Assembly: GCF_044704955.1 (NCBI RefSeq)
Contig: NC_091983.1
Location: 109,678,001 to 109,742,000, forward strand
Source of the DNA: Pristiophorus japonicus
Lineage: Eukaryota
DNA length: 64,000 nt
Direction of reading: 5' to 3'
Below the pieces are notes generated by a model that was not told the origin of the DNA, searched no databases, and saw only the letters and a list, made by a program, of their open reading frames with translations. Position numbers and translations under genes: made by a program. Shown here piece by piece: positions 25,880 to 38,100 of this stretch (positions within the stretch are counted from its first letter, which is position 1; every line of letters begins with the position of its first letter).

Positions 25880-28800
25880 CAGTCGTATGTGGTGTGGTAG
25901 GGCTGCCTTTGGTTCCGGAGATAGAGACGGAGCAGCAAGGAAGACAGCAGAGAGCAGGAACATCTGCTTCAAGAGGCAGGAGGAGGATACTGCCACACTC
26001 ATAGCGGTTATTCAGGGAGCAATTCTCCTTCATGAACTTTGTGCAGGAGAAATATATAAGACCCCTTCGCTTCACGAAGGAGACTGTCACTGAGTCGTGT
26101 CATCTGCTGCAGTCACAACTGGAACCTCATACCAGGGCGTGGGCAGCACTGCCTGTGGCTGGCATGGCCACCGTGGGTCTTAACTTTTATGTCACAGGCT
26201 CCTTTCAGGCTGCAGCAAGTGACATCAGCAACATATCACAGTCCACTCCATATCAAGGATGTCACCGAGTCTCACTACACCAGAAGAAACAGCTATATTA
26301 CTTTCCCCATGGACAGAATAAAGCAGGACAAGAGAACACTAGATCTTGTCCACATGGCAAGGTGCAAGGCGCCATAGACTGTGGACACATTGCCTTACAT
26401 GCTCCCTGTTATGTTCATAACAAAGTAATGTAGCTGAGTACTGTAGACGTGAGTAAGTGTGACCTTAGTTCCTTTATTCTGACTCCAGAGTGCTCGTACA
26501 GCATGGGAGGCCTGCTTATATACAGTGCTCCCAAGGGATGCTGGGATCCCTTGGGACTCCAACAGGTACACCCTCTGGTGGCTGTATAATACTGGTTACA
26601 TAGGGTTGCATACATAACATCACTCCCTCCCAAAGTCAATAGTACACTTATTTACAGGGTGAGACGATCTGGGGCCTTTCGCTCCCGAGTCGATCGTCTC
26701 GGTACAAATGCAGGAGTAGGTGAGTTGGTTGGTTCTATGCTGGGCTGCTGGGGATGGTGAGTTCAGCTTCGTGGTCAACCATGATGTCGGTTGCCACTTG
26801 TGTGTGTGTCGGAGGGTCGAAGTTGGTGGTGTCCTCTTTGGGTTGCTCGTGGCTGTCTGTGAATTGCAGTTTAGTTTGGTCCAAATGCTTTCTGCAAGTT
26901 AGTCCATTTGCGAGTTTGACCTGAAACACCCTACTCCCTTCTTTGGCTATGACAATGCCAGCAAGCCATTTGAGACCATGTCCATAGTTAAGTACAAATA
27001 CAGGGTCATTGACTTCAATATCGCGTGACAAATTTGCGCGATCATGGTACATGCTTTGTTGATGCCGCCTGTCCTCAACGTGATCATGGAGATCAGGGTG
27101 GACTAGAGAGAGCCTTGTTTTGAGCGACCTTTTCATGAGCAGCTCAGCTGGGGAATCCCCGGTGAGCGATTGCGGTCTGGTGCGGTAGCTGAGCAGGACT
27201 TGGGACAGGTGGGTCTGCAGGGAGCCTTCCGACACATGTTTCAAGTTTTGCTTGATGGTTTGGACTGCCCATTCTGCCTGACCGTTGGATGCGGGCTGAT
27301 GTGATGTGCTTGATCCCATTGCGGGTCATGAATTCCTCGAATTCAGCACCGGTGAAGCACGGCCCATTGTCGCTGACAAGGACATCAGGCAGGTCGTGTG
27401 TGGCAAACATGGCTCGTAGGCTTTCGATGGTGACAGTGGATGTGCTCACAGACATTATTACACACTCAATCCATTTTGAATAAGCAGACACAACAACCAA
27501 AAACATTTTGCCTAGAAACAGGCCAGCAAAGTCAACGTGGATCCTGGACCACGGTTTGGAGGGCCATGACCACAAAATTAGCGGTGCCTCCCTGGGTGCA
27601 TTGCTCAATTGAGAACAAGTGTTGCATTGGCGCACGCAAGACTCCAAATCTGAGTCGATGCTGGGCCACCACACATCGGATCTGGCTATAGCTTTCATCA
27701 TTACTATGCCTGGGTGGGTACTGTGTAGGTCGCATATGAACGTTTCCCTGCCTTTCTTAGGCAAAACCACGTGATTACCCCACAAAAGAAAAACCGCTTG
27801 TATGGACATTTCGTCTTTGCGCCGCTGGAACGGCTTGATCTCTTCATGCATCTCCGCTGGGACACTGGACCAGCTCCCATGGAGGATACAGTTTTTTACA
27901 ATGGACAATAAAGGATCCTGGTTGGTCCAGATCCTGATCTGACGGGGCGTAACAGGTGACTTTTCATTTTCAAATGCATCCATCACCAAGAGCAAGTCTG
28001 CATTTCCACCCCGGTGGTGGGCAATGGTAGCCGACTGAGAGCATCGGCACAGTTCTCTGTGCCTGGTCTGTGGCGGATTACATAGTTATATACAGACAGC
28101 ATGAGCGCATATCTTTGGATACGAGCAGAGGCATTGGTATTAATCCCTTCTCTCTCTGAGAATAGCGATATGAGCGGCTTATGGTCAGTTTCTAACTCAA
28201 ACTTAAGACCAGATACTGGTGCATTTTTTTTACCCCGTATGCCAGAGCTTCTTTTTCAATCATGCTGTAGGCCCTTTCGGCCTTGGACAAACTCCTGGAC
28301 GCATCGGCAACCGGTTGCAATGTTCCCAATTCGTTTGCTTGTTGTACACACACCAGACCCCCTACGAAGACGCATCGCAAGCTAGCACTAAACATTTACA
28401 TGGGTCACACAGAACATGCAGTTTGTTGGAACATAATAGATTTCTGGCTTTCTCAAAAGCAGCCTCTTTGATTTCCCCCATACCCAGTCATCTCCCTTGC
28501 GTAGCAACACATGTAGAGGTTCTAGCAAAGTGCTTAACCCGGGTATAATTGAGGAGTCCCAGCTCTGTCACGTTCTGTGGTCTTGGCGCATTCTTGATGG
28601 CCTCTGTCTTGGCGTCTGTGGATCTGATACCGTCTGCTGCAATTCTTCTCCCAAAGAACTCGACCTCTGGCGCCAGGAAAACACACTTCAAGCCTGAGTC
28701 CCAGACGATTGAGCTGACTTAGAACCTCTTCCAGGTTCTTCAAGTGTTTGATGGTGTCCTGGCCTGTGATCAATATGTTGTCCTGGAAAACCACGGTGCG

Positions 28801-31390
28801 CAGGACCTACTTTAGCAGGCTCTCCATGTTCCTTTGAAAAATAGCCGCAGCCGATCGAATCCCAAACGGGCATCTATTGTAGATGAATAGACCTTTGTGC
28901 GTGTTGATGCAGATGAGACCTTTCAAAGATTCCGCCAGCTCCTGCGTCATGTAGGCTGAGGTCAGGTCCAACTCAGTGAACGTCTTCCCTCCTGCCAGCA
29001 TCGCAAATAGGTCGTCTACCTTGGGTAGTGGATACTGGTCCTGCAGCAAAAAACGGTAAATCGTTACTTTATAGTCCCCACAAATTCTGACCGTACCATT
29101 GCCCTTGAGGACCAGAACAATCTGACTGGCCCACTTGTTGAACTCCACCGGCGCGATGATGCCTTCTCGTTGCAACCTGTCCAGCTCGATTTCCACTTTC
29201 TCTCGCATCATATACGGCATCACCCATGTCTTGTGGTGGATGGGTCGTGTGCCGGGAACCAGGTGGATCTGCACGTTCACCTGCGAGAAGCTTCTGATGC
29301 CTGGCTCAAATAACGACAGAAACTTGCTCAGAACCTGGGCACATGCGGCGTCGTCGATGGACGAGAGCGCTCAGGTGTCGTCCCAGTTCCAGCAGATTTT
29401 TCCCAGCCAGTTTGGAGCCATCTCCTAGTACAATCTATAGTGGGAGTTTGTGCACTGCTCCATCATAGGAGACTTTTACTGCTGTGCTGCCAATTACAGG
29501 GATTAGCTCTTTAGTGTAAGTTCTCAGCTTGGTGTGAATAGTACTCAGCTTGGGGCCTGTGTGCCTTGTTGCACCACAGCCTGTCGAAGGCCTTTTTGCT
29601 CATGATAAACAGACTCGCACCCATCTCCAGTTCCATGGATACTGGAATTCCGTTCAGTTCGACTGTTAACATGATCGGTGGATATTTCGTGGTGAAGGTG
29701 TGTACCCCGTACACTTCTGCCTCCTTGGTTTGAGTCTCTAGTTCAGTTTGATCTGCCTTGGATCGGTCTTCCTCTGCAACGTGGTGGTTTGCAGGGTTTG
29801 CAGCTCATCTGCACACTCGCTGGAGGTGTCCCATTGTTCCACAGCCTTTGTACGCATAGTTTTTGAAGCAGCATTGATGGACTCGATGATCGCCTCCGCA
29901 GCACCAACAAAGTGTTAACTGTCTTGCATTCACGCTTGATGGCAGACTCTGGGTCATCTGAGGTCGTGCAGCTGCAGGCGTGTACGTTCTGCCATATGCA
30001 TTCCTGCCTGAAAATGATGTTACTTTGTGTACAGTACTTGCTGAAACCTCTTTTTGCTGCAAAATTTGTTTGGTGTTATCGCTGGTGGACATAAATGGTG
30101 GCGATCGTTATGGCTTTGCTCAGGTTCGGTGTTTCAACAGTCAATAGTTTGCAAAGGATAACCTCATGGCCAATGCCAAGCATAAAAAAGTCTCTTAGCA
30201 TTTGCTCCAGGAATTCATCGAATTCGCAATGTCCTGCAAGGCATCTTAGTTCGGCGACGTAGCTCACCACTTTCTGGTCTTCAGCCCGTTGACATGTGTA
30301 AAATCGATACCTTGCCATCAGAATGCTCCATTTTGGATTTAGGTGCTCCTGGACCAGGGTACACAGTTCTTCATATGATTTGGCTGTTGGAGCGAGAAGA
30401 TTCTTCATGAGGCAATAGGTTGTTGCCCCGCAGACGGTGAGGAGGATCGCCCTTCGTTTGGCAGCATTCTCATCCCCTTCCAACTCCTTGGCCACGAAGT
30501 ATTGGTCGAGTCACTCCACGAAGGCCTCCCAATCGTCCTCTTCTGAAAATTTCTCCAGGATACCAACAGTTCTCTGCATTTTCACATGATGGTTCGTTAT
30601 CTCGTCGCCAGTTGTTATGTTCATAACAAAGTAATGTAACTGCATATTGTAGACATGAGTAAGTGTGACCTTAGTTCCTTTATTCTGACTCCAGAGTGCT
30701 CGTACACCATGGGAGGCCTGCTTATATACAGTGCTCCCAAGGGATGCTGAGATCCCTTGGGACTCCAACAGGTATGCCCTCTGGTGGCGGTATAATACTG
30801 GTTACATAGGGTTACATACATAACACTCCCCATATTCAGCCTGGCATCTTTATCAATTGAAAAGGATTTCACTCCCTGAATGTACAACTGGTTTGCAACC
30901 ATAGGCAGCGCAACTTGTAGGTTTGTGTCTGCTATAGTGATTGCAGTCATGACTCATTCAGCTTGCAATACTCCTCTGTGCTGCCTTTATTCCAGCCAAG
31001 TTGTCAAGGTACAGGTTGGCTACTGGGTGACAAGGGCTGTCCCCTCCAAACATGGCTCAGGAACCTGAGCACAGCTGTTGATCAGGCCTACAGGAACTAT
31101 GCCATCACAAGAAACGCAATTGAACAAACCATTGGCATGCTCAAACAATGTTTCCGCTGCCTGGACCATTCCGAGGATCTTTGCAGTACACCCCAGAGCA
31201 GATATCCATATTTATGGTCATCTGCTGTATGCTTCATAGCTTTGAGATAATGACAGCCCAGCCCTTACCACTACTGCACAGGAGGAGGAGAAGGAACAGG
31301 AAGAGGAAGAAGAGCAGGAAAGGCATCAATCACCAGTGCCTCTGGCTGCCAGGCTCAGAGAACAGCTCATTGATGAACATTTCACCTAAA
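25880..31390 (+). pseudogene. PIF/Harbinger (HARBI1-like) transposase of element 1, split by Gypsy 2
   Basis: LRFTKETV, LNFYVTGSFQ, VQGAIDCGHIALHAP | HIQPGIFIN*KGFHSLNVQLVC, WLLGDKG, IEQTIGMLKQCFRCLD, CCMLH; DDE motifs present, frameshifted. Confidence 0.92.
26407..30825 (-). mobile_element. Gypsy 2: full-length decayed Ty3/Gypsy element
   Basis: 213-bp LTRs 26407-26619 and 30613-30825 (about 11 differences by eye); TSD CTCCC; PBS TGGCGACGAG at 30601-30610 (matches tRNA-Ser(GCU) 3' end); PPT; gag-PR-RT-RH-IN order. Confidence 0.97.
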
Positions 31391-31577
31391 CCATCCCTCC
31401 CATCCCCAATGCATCAACAATTCCAAATTTCACATCACCACTGTCCTAACTACCAACATCCAATTGCGTTCTTTCAATCCAGCCTTGAGGATCACTTCGC
31501 TACAAATATAAATACCAAGATCAAATCCAGAAAAATAAACATCTAACAATTAACAAAAATAATTAAGAATCATCCTT

Positions 31578-32280
31578 GGCGTAGGAATTCCGGTTATTTG
31601 CCCCCGGAGGTGCTAGCGGAGTGCAAACAACTTTTCGCCCGGGCGCGGCACCGCTAACGACTCCCGCTAAATTTGGCAGCAGTTTAGCGGTGATGGTAAG
31701 CCATAGCGCCCCGTTAGCGCCCGGATCCTAAATTGGGTATCGCCCCCTGAAGCTGCGCGGGACGATGCCAATGACAGCTTCGGGGACGTGAACTGGGCAG
31801 CTGGCCGCTCGCGGGGCGATAGTTAAAAGGAATGTGTCGTGACGTAAAAGAAAATGGTGCGACTTTTTCCTGTGTCCCTTTGGCACTGTGGACGCAGGAT
31901 CCGTGCCACGATCGGTCAGCCCGCCACGCTGCTTGAGTGTGGAGTTGTTGGCATGGCACCCTTGCTCCCCGGTAGTCCAGGAAGCACTATTTTTATAATG
32001 CAGAGTTTGCCGCTTGGGCCCTTCCCTTTAATTAAGGGAAGAGCACCTTCTACGCGGCAGCGCTACGTGGTCCAGTGCGTAGCTCTGCGTCCCGTTCCTG
32101 ATGTGTCTGCTCTGCTAGCACTCCAGAAAGGAAGTGGAGTGCTTGAGTTAGCGCTCCATGTCATTTCGGGGCAGTAACCCCAATTTCTCACGAGAGGCGA
32201 GACTTCTGCGCCAGGTGCAAAATCATGCGCCTTGCGAGTATTACTGCCACCAAATGGGGTGGTACGGAATCTTTCCCCCT
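31578..32280. mobile_element. GC-rich non-autonomous Harbinger-like element
   Basis: Degenerate termini ..GGAATTCCG / CGGAATCTTTCCCCC; repeated CGCCC motifs; homologous fragment at 11705. Confidence 0.6.
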
Positions 32281-32586
32281 TAGGATCTGTCCTCTGTTCT
32301 TATTTGCATATCCTAGTGTTCCTATGAAATGTTTCCCCAGTGGCTAGAACTTACAAGGTGGAAAGCCATTGAACTTCTACTGAGGACACTTCAGATGGTG
32401 ATGGTGTGTGACCTCGAGCAGTTCTGGGTTATGAGGACCCAGCTTCAGATTGCAGCATCTCTGCTGGGTTGGGGCAGTCTGGCCCATCTGGCTATGTGAT
32501 ACTAACTGAAATCAGAACAGAGTGCAGGAGTGACATAACCATCTGGAAACCCAGTCAACAATGGCCCCCAAAGCCAAGGTGGCAGC

Positions 32587-34862
32587 TGTTATGTATGAAT
32601 AAAGAGTCTGACTGGACACTGTGAGCTCAAAGTAAAGTGTGACAGTCTTTTATTGCAGGTCTCCTGAATGCCTCTCCCATCTATGAGATCCCTTGGGACT
32701 CCAGGGGATGAGCCCTCTGGTGGCTACACAAGGTATAAACAGGTTTACATATATAACAACACCCCCTCCCAAAGTCAACAGTGTAACTATTTACAAGGTG
32801 AGTCGATCTGTGGCCTTTCTTTCCCTGGTTGATTGTCTCGGTGCAAATGCTGGTTTTGGTGAATCTTTTGTTGGGCCCTCACTGGGCTGCTGTGCAGCTA
32901 GCCTTGCTGGGCTGCCTGGTGTGGTGAGTCCTGCTGAGCTGCTGCAGGTGATGGGTTCTGCTTCGTGGCCAACCGCGGTGTCGGTTGCCACTGGTGTGTA
33001 TGTTGAGGGGTCAAAGAAGGTAGGGTCCAAAGTGGGTTGCTCTGGATAATCCGTGAATCTGAGTTTGATTTGGCCCAAGTGTTTCCAGTGAATGAGTTCA
33101 TTTGAAAGTTTGACCCGAAAAACCCTGCTCCCCTCTTTGGCCACAATAGTGCCGGGAAGCCACTTGGAACCAAGTCCACAGTTTAACACAAATATAGGAT
33201 CATCGTTTTCAATTTCGCGTGACATATTTGCGCTATCATGATATGTACTTTGTTGAAGCCGCCTGCTCTCTACCTATTCATGTAGTTCAGGGTGAACTAA
33301 CGCGAGTGTCCTTTTCATGAGCAGTTCAGCAGGTGAAATCCCAGTGAGTGAGTGGGTTCTCGTACAGCAGCTAAGCAGGACTCGGGATAGGTGAGTCTGC
33401 AGTGAACCTTCAGTTACCTTCTTCAAGCCCTGCTTGATAGTTTGCACTGCTCTCTCTGCCTGAGTATTGGATGCTGGTTTGAACGGGGCAGATGTAACAT
33501 GTTTGATCCCATTGCAGGTCATGAACTCTTTGAATTCGGCACTGGTGAAACATGACCCGTTGTTGCTCACAAGGACATCAGGTAGTCCATGTGTGGCAAA
33601 CCTGGCCCGCAGGCTTTCAGTGGTGGCAACGGACGTGCTTGCCAACATTATCTCACATTCAATCCATTTGGAGTACGCATCTACAACCACAAAGAACATT
33701 TTACCCAAAAACGAGCCTGCATAGTCGACATGGACCCTGGACCATGGTTTGGAGGGCCAAGACCATAAACTTAGTGGCGCCTCCCTGGGTGCATTGCTTA
33801 ACTGCGAGCATGTGTTACATTTGTACACGCAGGACTCTAAGTCCTCATCGATACCGGGCCACCACACTTGGGATCTGGCTTCGCTTTCATCATTACAGTG
33901 CCTGGGTGAGTACTGTGGAGGTCACTGTTGAAAGTGTTCCTGCCCTTCTTGGGGACCACTACCCGATTAACTCACAGAAGGCAGTCTGCCTGTATAGACA
34001 TTTCATCTTTGCGCCCTGGTTTGGCTTTATCTCTTCCTGCATTTCTACTGGGACACTGGACCAGCTCCCGAAAAGCACACAATTTTTTACTCGGAACAGT
34101 AACGGGTCCTGGCTCGTCCAGGTTCTAATTTGTCGGGCTGTGACGGGTGATTGCTCACTCTTGAATGCTTCCATAACCATGACTAAATCTGCGGGCTGTG
34201 CCATTTCCACCCCCGTGGTGGGCAATGGCAGCCTACTGAGAGCATCGGCACAGTTTTCTGTGCCTAGCCTGTGGCGAATGGCGTAGTTGTATGCGGATAA
34301 TGTGAGCGCCCATCTCTTAATGCGGGTCGATGTATTTGTATTTATCCCCTTACTTTCGGATATCAGTGGCTTATGGTCAGTTTCCAATTCAAATTTGAGT
34401 CCAAACAGATATTGATGCATTTTCTTTACCCCATAAACACACGCTAATGCTTCTTTTTCAATCATGCTGTCGGCTCTCTCAGCCTTAGACAGACTTCTAG
34501 ATGCATAAGCAACCGGTTGCAATTTCCCAGATTCATTAGCTTGTTGCAATACACACCCGACGCCATACGTGCTAGTACCAAACGCTTACATGGATCATAC
34601 AACACAAGCAATTTGTTTGAGCATAACAATTTTCTAGCTTTTACAAAGGCATTTTCTTGGCTTTTGCCCCATACCCATTCATCTCCTTTGCACAGTAAGA
34701 CATGCAGTGGTTCTAACAGTGTGCTGAGACCTGGTAAGAAGTTACCAAAGTAGTTTAGGAGTCCTAGAAACGACCGCAGCTCTGTCACGTTCTGTGTCCT
34801 TGGTGTGTTTTCGATTGCCTTCGTCTTCGCATTGGTGGGCCTAATGCCATTCGCCGCAATCT
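32587..34862 (-). mobile_element. Gypsy 3: 3' half (RNase H, integrase, 3' LTR)
   Basis: LTR 32587-32758, PPT, HVDYAG, ETDHKPL, LRSFLGLLNYF; ends abruptly at RIAA.G with no 5' LTR. Confidence 0.93.
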
Positions 34863-35199
34863 GGAAAGATTGGAGATACTGGGGCCGAAATTCAGGTCCG
34901 TCAGAAACCTGGTGCTCCTACCGCTTTTCCCCCGCCCTTACCACCGCAACATTGCAGTCGGGAATGCGACCAAAGTACACCAAATTTTTTTTTTCAATGG
35001 CGGCCGGCGGTTTTGGATGGCAGGAATCATGGCTTTGCAGCAGTGTTGCTGAGTGGATCACAGCACATTTTCCCCGCAAAATTCAGCTGGTCTTGATCAT
35101 CCCTTAATGAGGCACCTGCTCCCTGGCCAAGAAGGCCAACGTTTGCAGCTAGGCCCTGAGAGGGGAAGTCGTTTGACTTCAGGACAAGGCTGCTGGACC

Positions 35200-38100
35200 T
35201 GCTGGAGGTGTTGGAGCTGTTGCGAGGAGGGCAACCCGGTTCTCCGATGCCGAACTGGAAACACTCATGCAGGCTGTAGAGGAAAGGAGATGAGTGCTCT
35301 CCCGAAGCAGGAAGACCTACTCGGCAGGTTTTCAGCAATGCCTGGAGGGAGATAGCTGAGGAGGTCTAAGGGATCTCCATTCACGACCACACTGCCACCC
35401 AGTGCAGTAAAAGGATGAAAGACATCTCCGGCTGATGAAAGTAAGTATCTGTTCCACCAACAGCTGATCTTCCATCTGCGAGTCTTTCCTTTATCCTTTA
35501 TCATTCTCTTATTCCCCACCTTCACGATATCGTGACTCAAGCAGCATTTCATTGTTGAAGCCTGTATATATATTTATGTGTTCTCGTAATGGAGGATCCC
35601 TTTCAGCTCAGAGTTACAGCTGCATGTCAGGGACACAAACTTGTGAACTCATTTCTGATGCCTCATGACACTGCTACTCAGCAACCATTCTTTGTTTTTG
35701 CACACAGCCGAATGGAGGAAAGGAAGACTGGTGGTAGCGAGCCCCAGCTTCAAATCCTCACACCCTTGGCAAAGAGGGTAGAGGCTCTAGTGGGCAGACA
35801 TGCTGCCTTCCCTGTGGCCACCGGTACTGGCGATGCCGATCTCCCTGTGGGCAGCATGGGTAAGTGAAGCCCTCCTTTTATGCTACTTTTCCCTGAAAGT
35901 GCCTACTGTGCCTTTCCTTCTGAAAGTGTGCTGGTTGCAGGCTCCATGCAGCAATCCCTTACTCCCCCGTCACGGCATCCCTTGTGCCATTTATGCTTGC
36001 AGATGAGACGTCCATTGACAGCGAGCGAGCGGGTCCTAGCACTGGTGCACGTGGGAGGGAAATGACTGACGACAGCGTGGACAGCACTGAAAGCTGAGAG
36101 CAGGGATGAGATGCTGAGATGGAGAGGCAAGGCCTGGACAACAGCCTTGAGGGATGAGAAAGCAATGGGTATCCTGACACCCTCGAAGACATTGTGGATT
36201 CGAGCCAAGATGACACACTGGAGCCCCCGCCATCCGTTGGCAGCAACTCCCATGAGGCAAAGGACGAGGGGGACACTCTTGGCTCTGATGAGGCAGAGGC
36301 CAAGGAGGACACTATTGGCAGCACCGTGTCACTGCTTCCCTCACATGTGCCAGCTCAGATACTGGGAGTACGCATTCGAATTTAGTGGAAATAGCAGAGG
36401 GGCGTGCACTGGATGTTGCACCAGGTCCTTGCGGGCTGTAGCATGGCGACGGGCATAGGGAACCTCAGGTGCCATCTCTCCGGGTGGAGAGACCGCACCA
36501 GAGTTCTGCTGAGGAGGACTCAGACGAGCCCATCGATGTTGGGGCTTACATAGAAAAATAGAAACATAGAAAATAGGTGCAGGAGCAGGCCATTTAGCCC
36601 TTCTAGCCTGCACCGCCATTCAATGAGTTCATGGCTGAACATGAAACTTCAGTACCCACTTCCTGCTTTCACGCCATACCCCTTGATCCCCCGAGTAGTA
36701 AGGACTTCATCTAACTCCCTTTTGAATATATTTAGTGAATTGGCCTCAACTACTTCCTGTGGTAGAGAATTCCACAGGTTCACCACTCTCTGGGTGAAGA
36801 AGTTTCTCCTTATCTCGGTCATAAATGGCTTACCCCTTATCCTTAGACTGTGACCCCTGGTTCTGGACTTCCCCAACATTGGGAACATTCTTCCTGCATC
36901 CAACCTGTCCAAACCCGTCAGAATTTTAAACGTTTCTATGAGGTCCCCTCTCACTCTTCTGAACTCCAGTGAATACAAGCCCAGTTGATCCAGTCTTTCT
37001 TGATAGGTCAGTCCCACCATCCCGGGAATCAGTCTGGTGAATCTTCGCTGCACTCCCTCAATAGCAAGTATGTCCTTCCTCAAGTTAGGAGACCAAAACT
37101 GTACACAATACTCCAGTTGTGGCCTCACCAAGGCCCTGTACAACTGTAGCAACACCTCCCTGCCCCTGTACTCAAATCCCCTCGCTATGAAGGCCAACAT
37201 GCCATTTGCTTTCTTAACCGCCTGCTGTACCTGCATGCCAACCTTCAATGACTGATGTACCATGACACCCAGGTCTCGTTGCACCTTCCCTTTTCCTAAT
37301 CTGTCACCATTCAGATAATAGTCTGTCTCTCTGTTTTTACCACCAAAGTGGATAACCTCACATTTATCCACATTATACTTCATCTGCCACGCATTTGCCC
37401 ACTCACCTAACCTATCCAAGTCACTCTGTAGCCTCATAGCATCCTCCTCGCAGCTCACACTGCCACCCAACTTAGTGTCATCCGCAAATTTGGAGATACT
37501 ACATTTAATCCCCTCGTCTAAATCATTAATGTACAATGTAAACAGCTGGGGGCCCCAGCACAGAACCTTGCGGTACCCCACTAGTCACTACCTGCCATTC
37601 TGAAAAGTACCCATTTACTCCTACTCTTTGCTTCCTGTCTGACAACCAGTTCTCAATCCACGTCAGCACACTACCCCCAATCCCATGTGCTTTAACTTTG
37701 CACATTAATCTCCTGTGTGGGACCTTGTCGAAAGCCTTCTGAAAGTCCAAATATACCACATCAACTGGTACTCCTTTGTCCACTTTATTGGAAACATCCT
37801 CAAAAAATTCCAGAAGATTTGTCAAGCATGATCTCCCTTTCACAAATCCATGCTGACTTGGACCTATCATGTCACCATTTTCCAAATGCGCTGCTATGAC
37901 ATCCTTAATAATTGATTCCATCATTTTACCCACTACTGAGGTCAGGCTGACCGGTCTATAATTCCCTGCTTTCTCTCTCCCTCCTTTTTTAAAAAGTGGG
38001 GTTACATTGGCTACCCTCCACTCGATAGGAACTGATCCAGAGTCAATGGAATGTTGGAAAATGACTGTCAATGCATCCGCTATTTCCAAGGCCACCTCCT

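Noticed and set aside
33552-34286. 244-aa plus-strand ORF
   Set aside because: Antisense to Gypsy 3 pol and not preserved in other copies.
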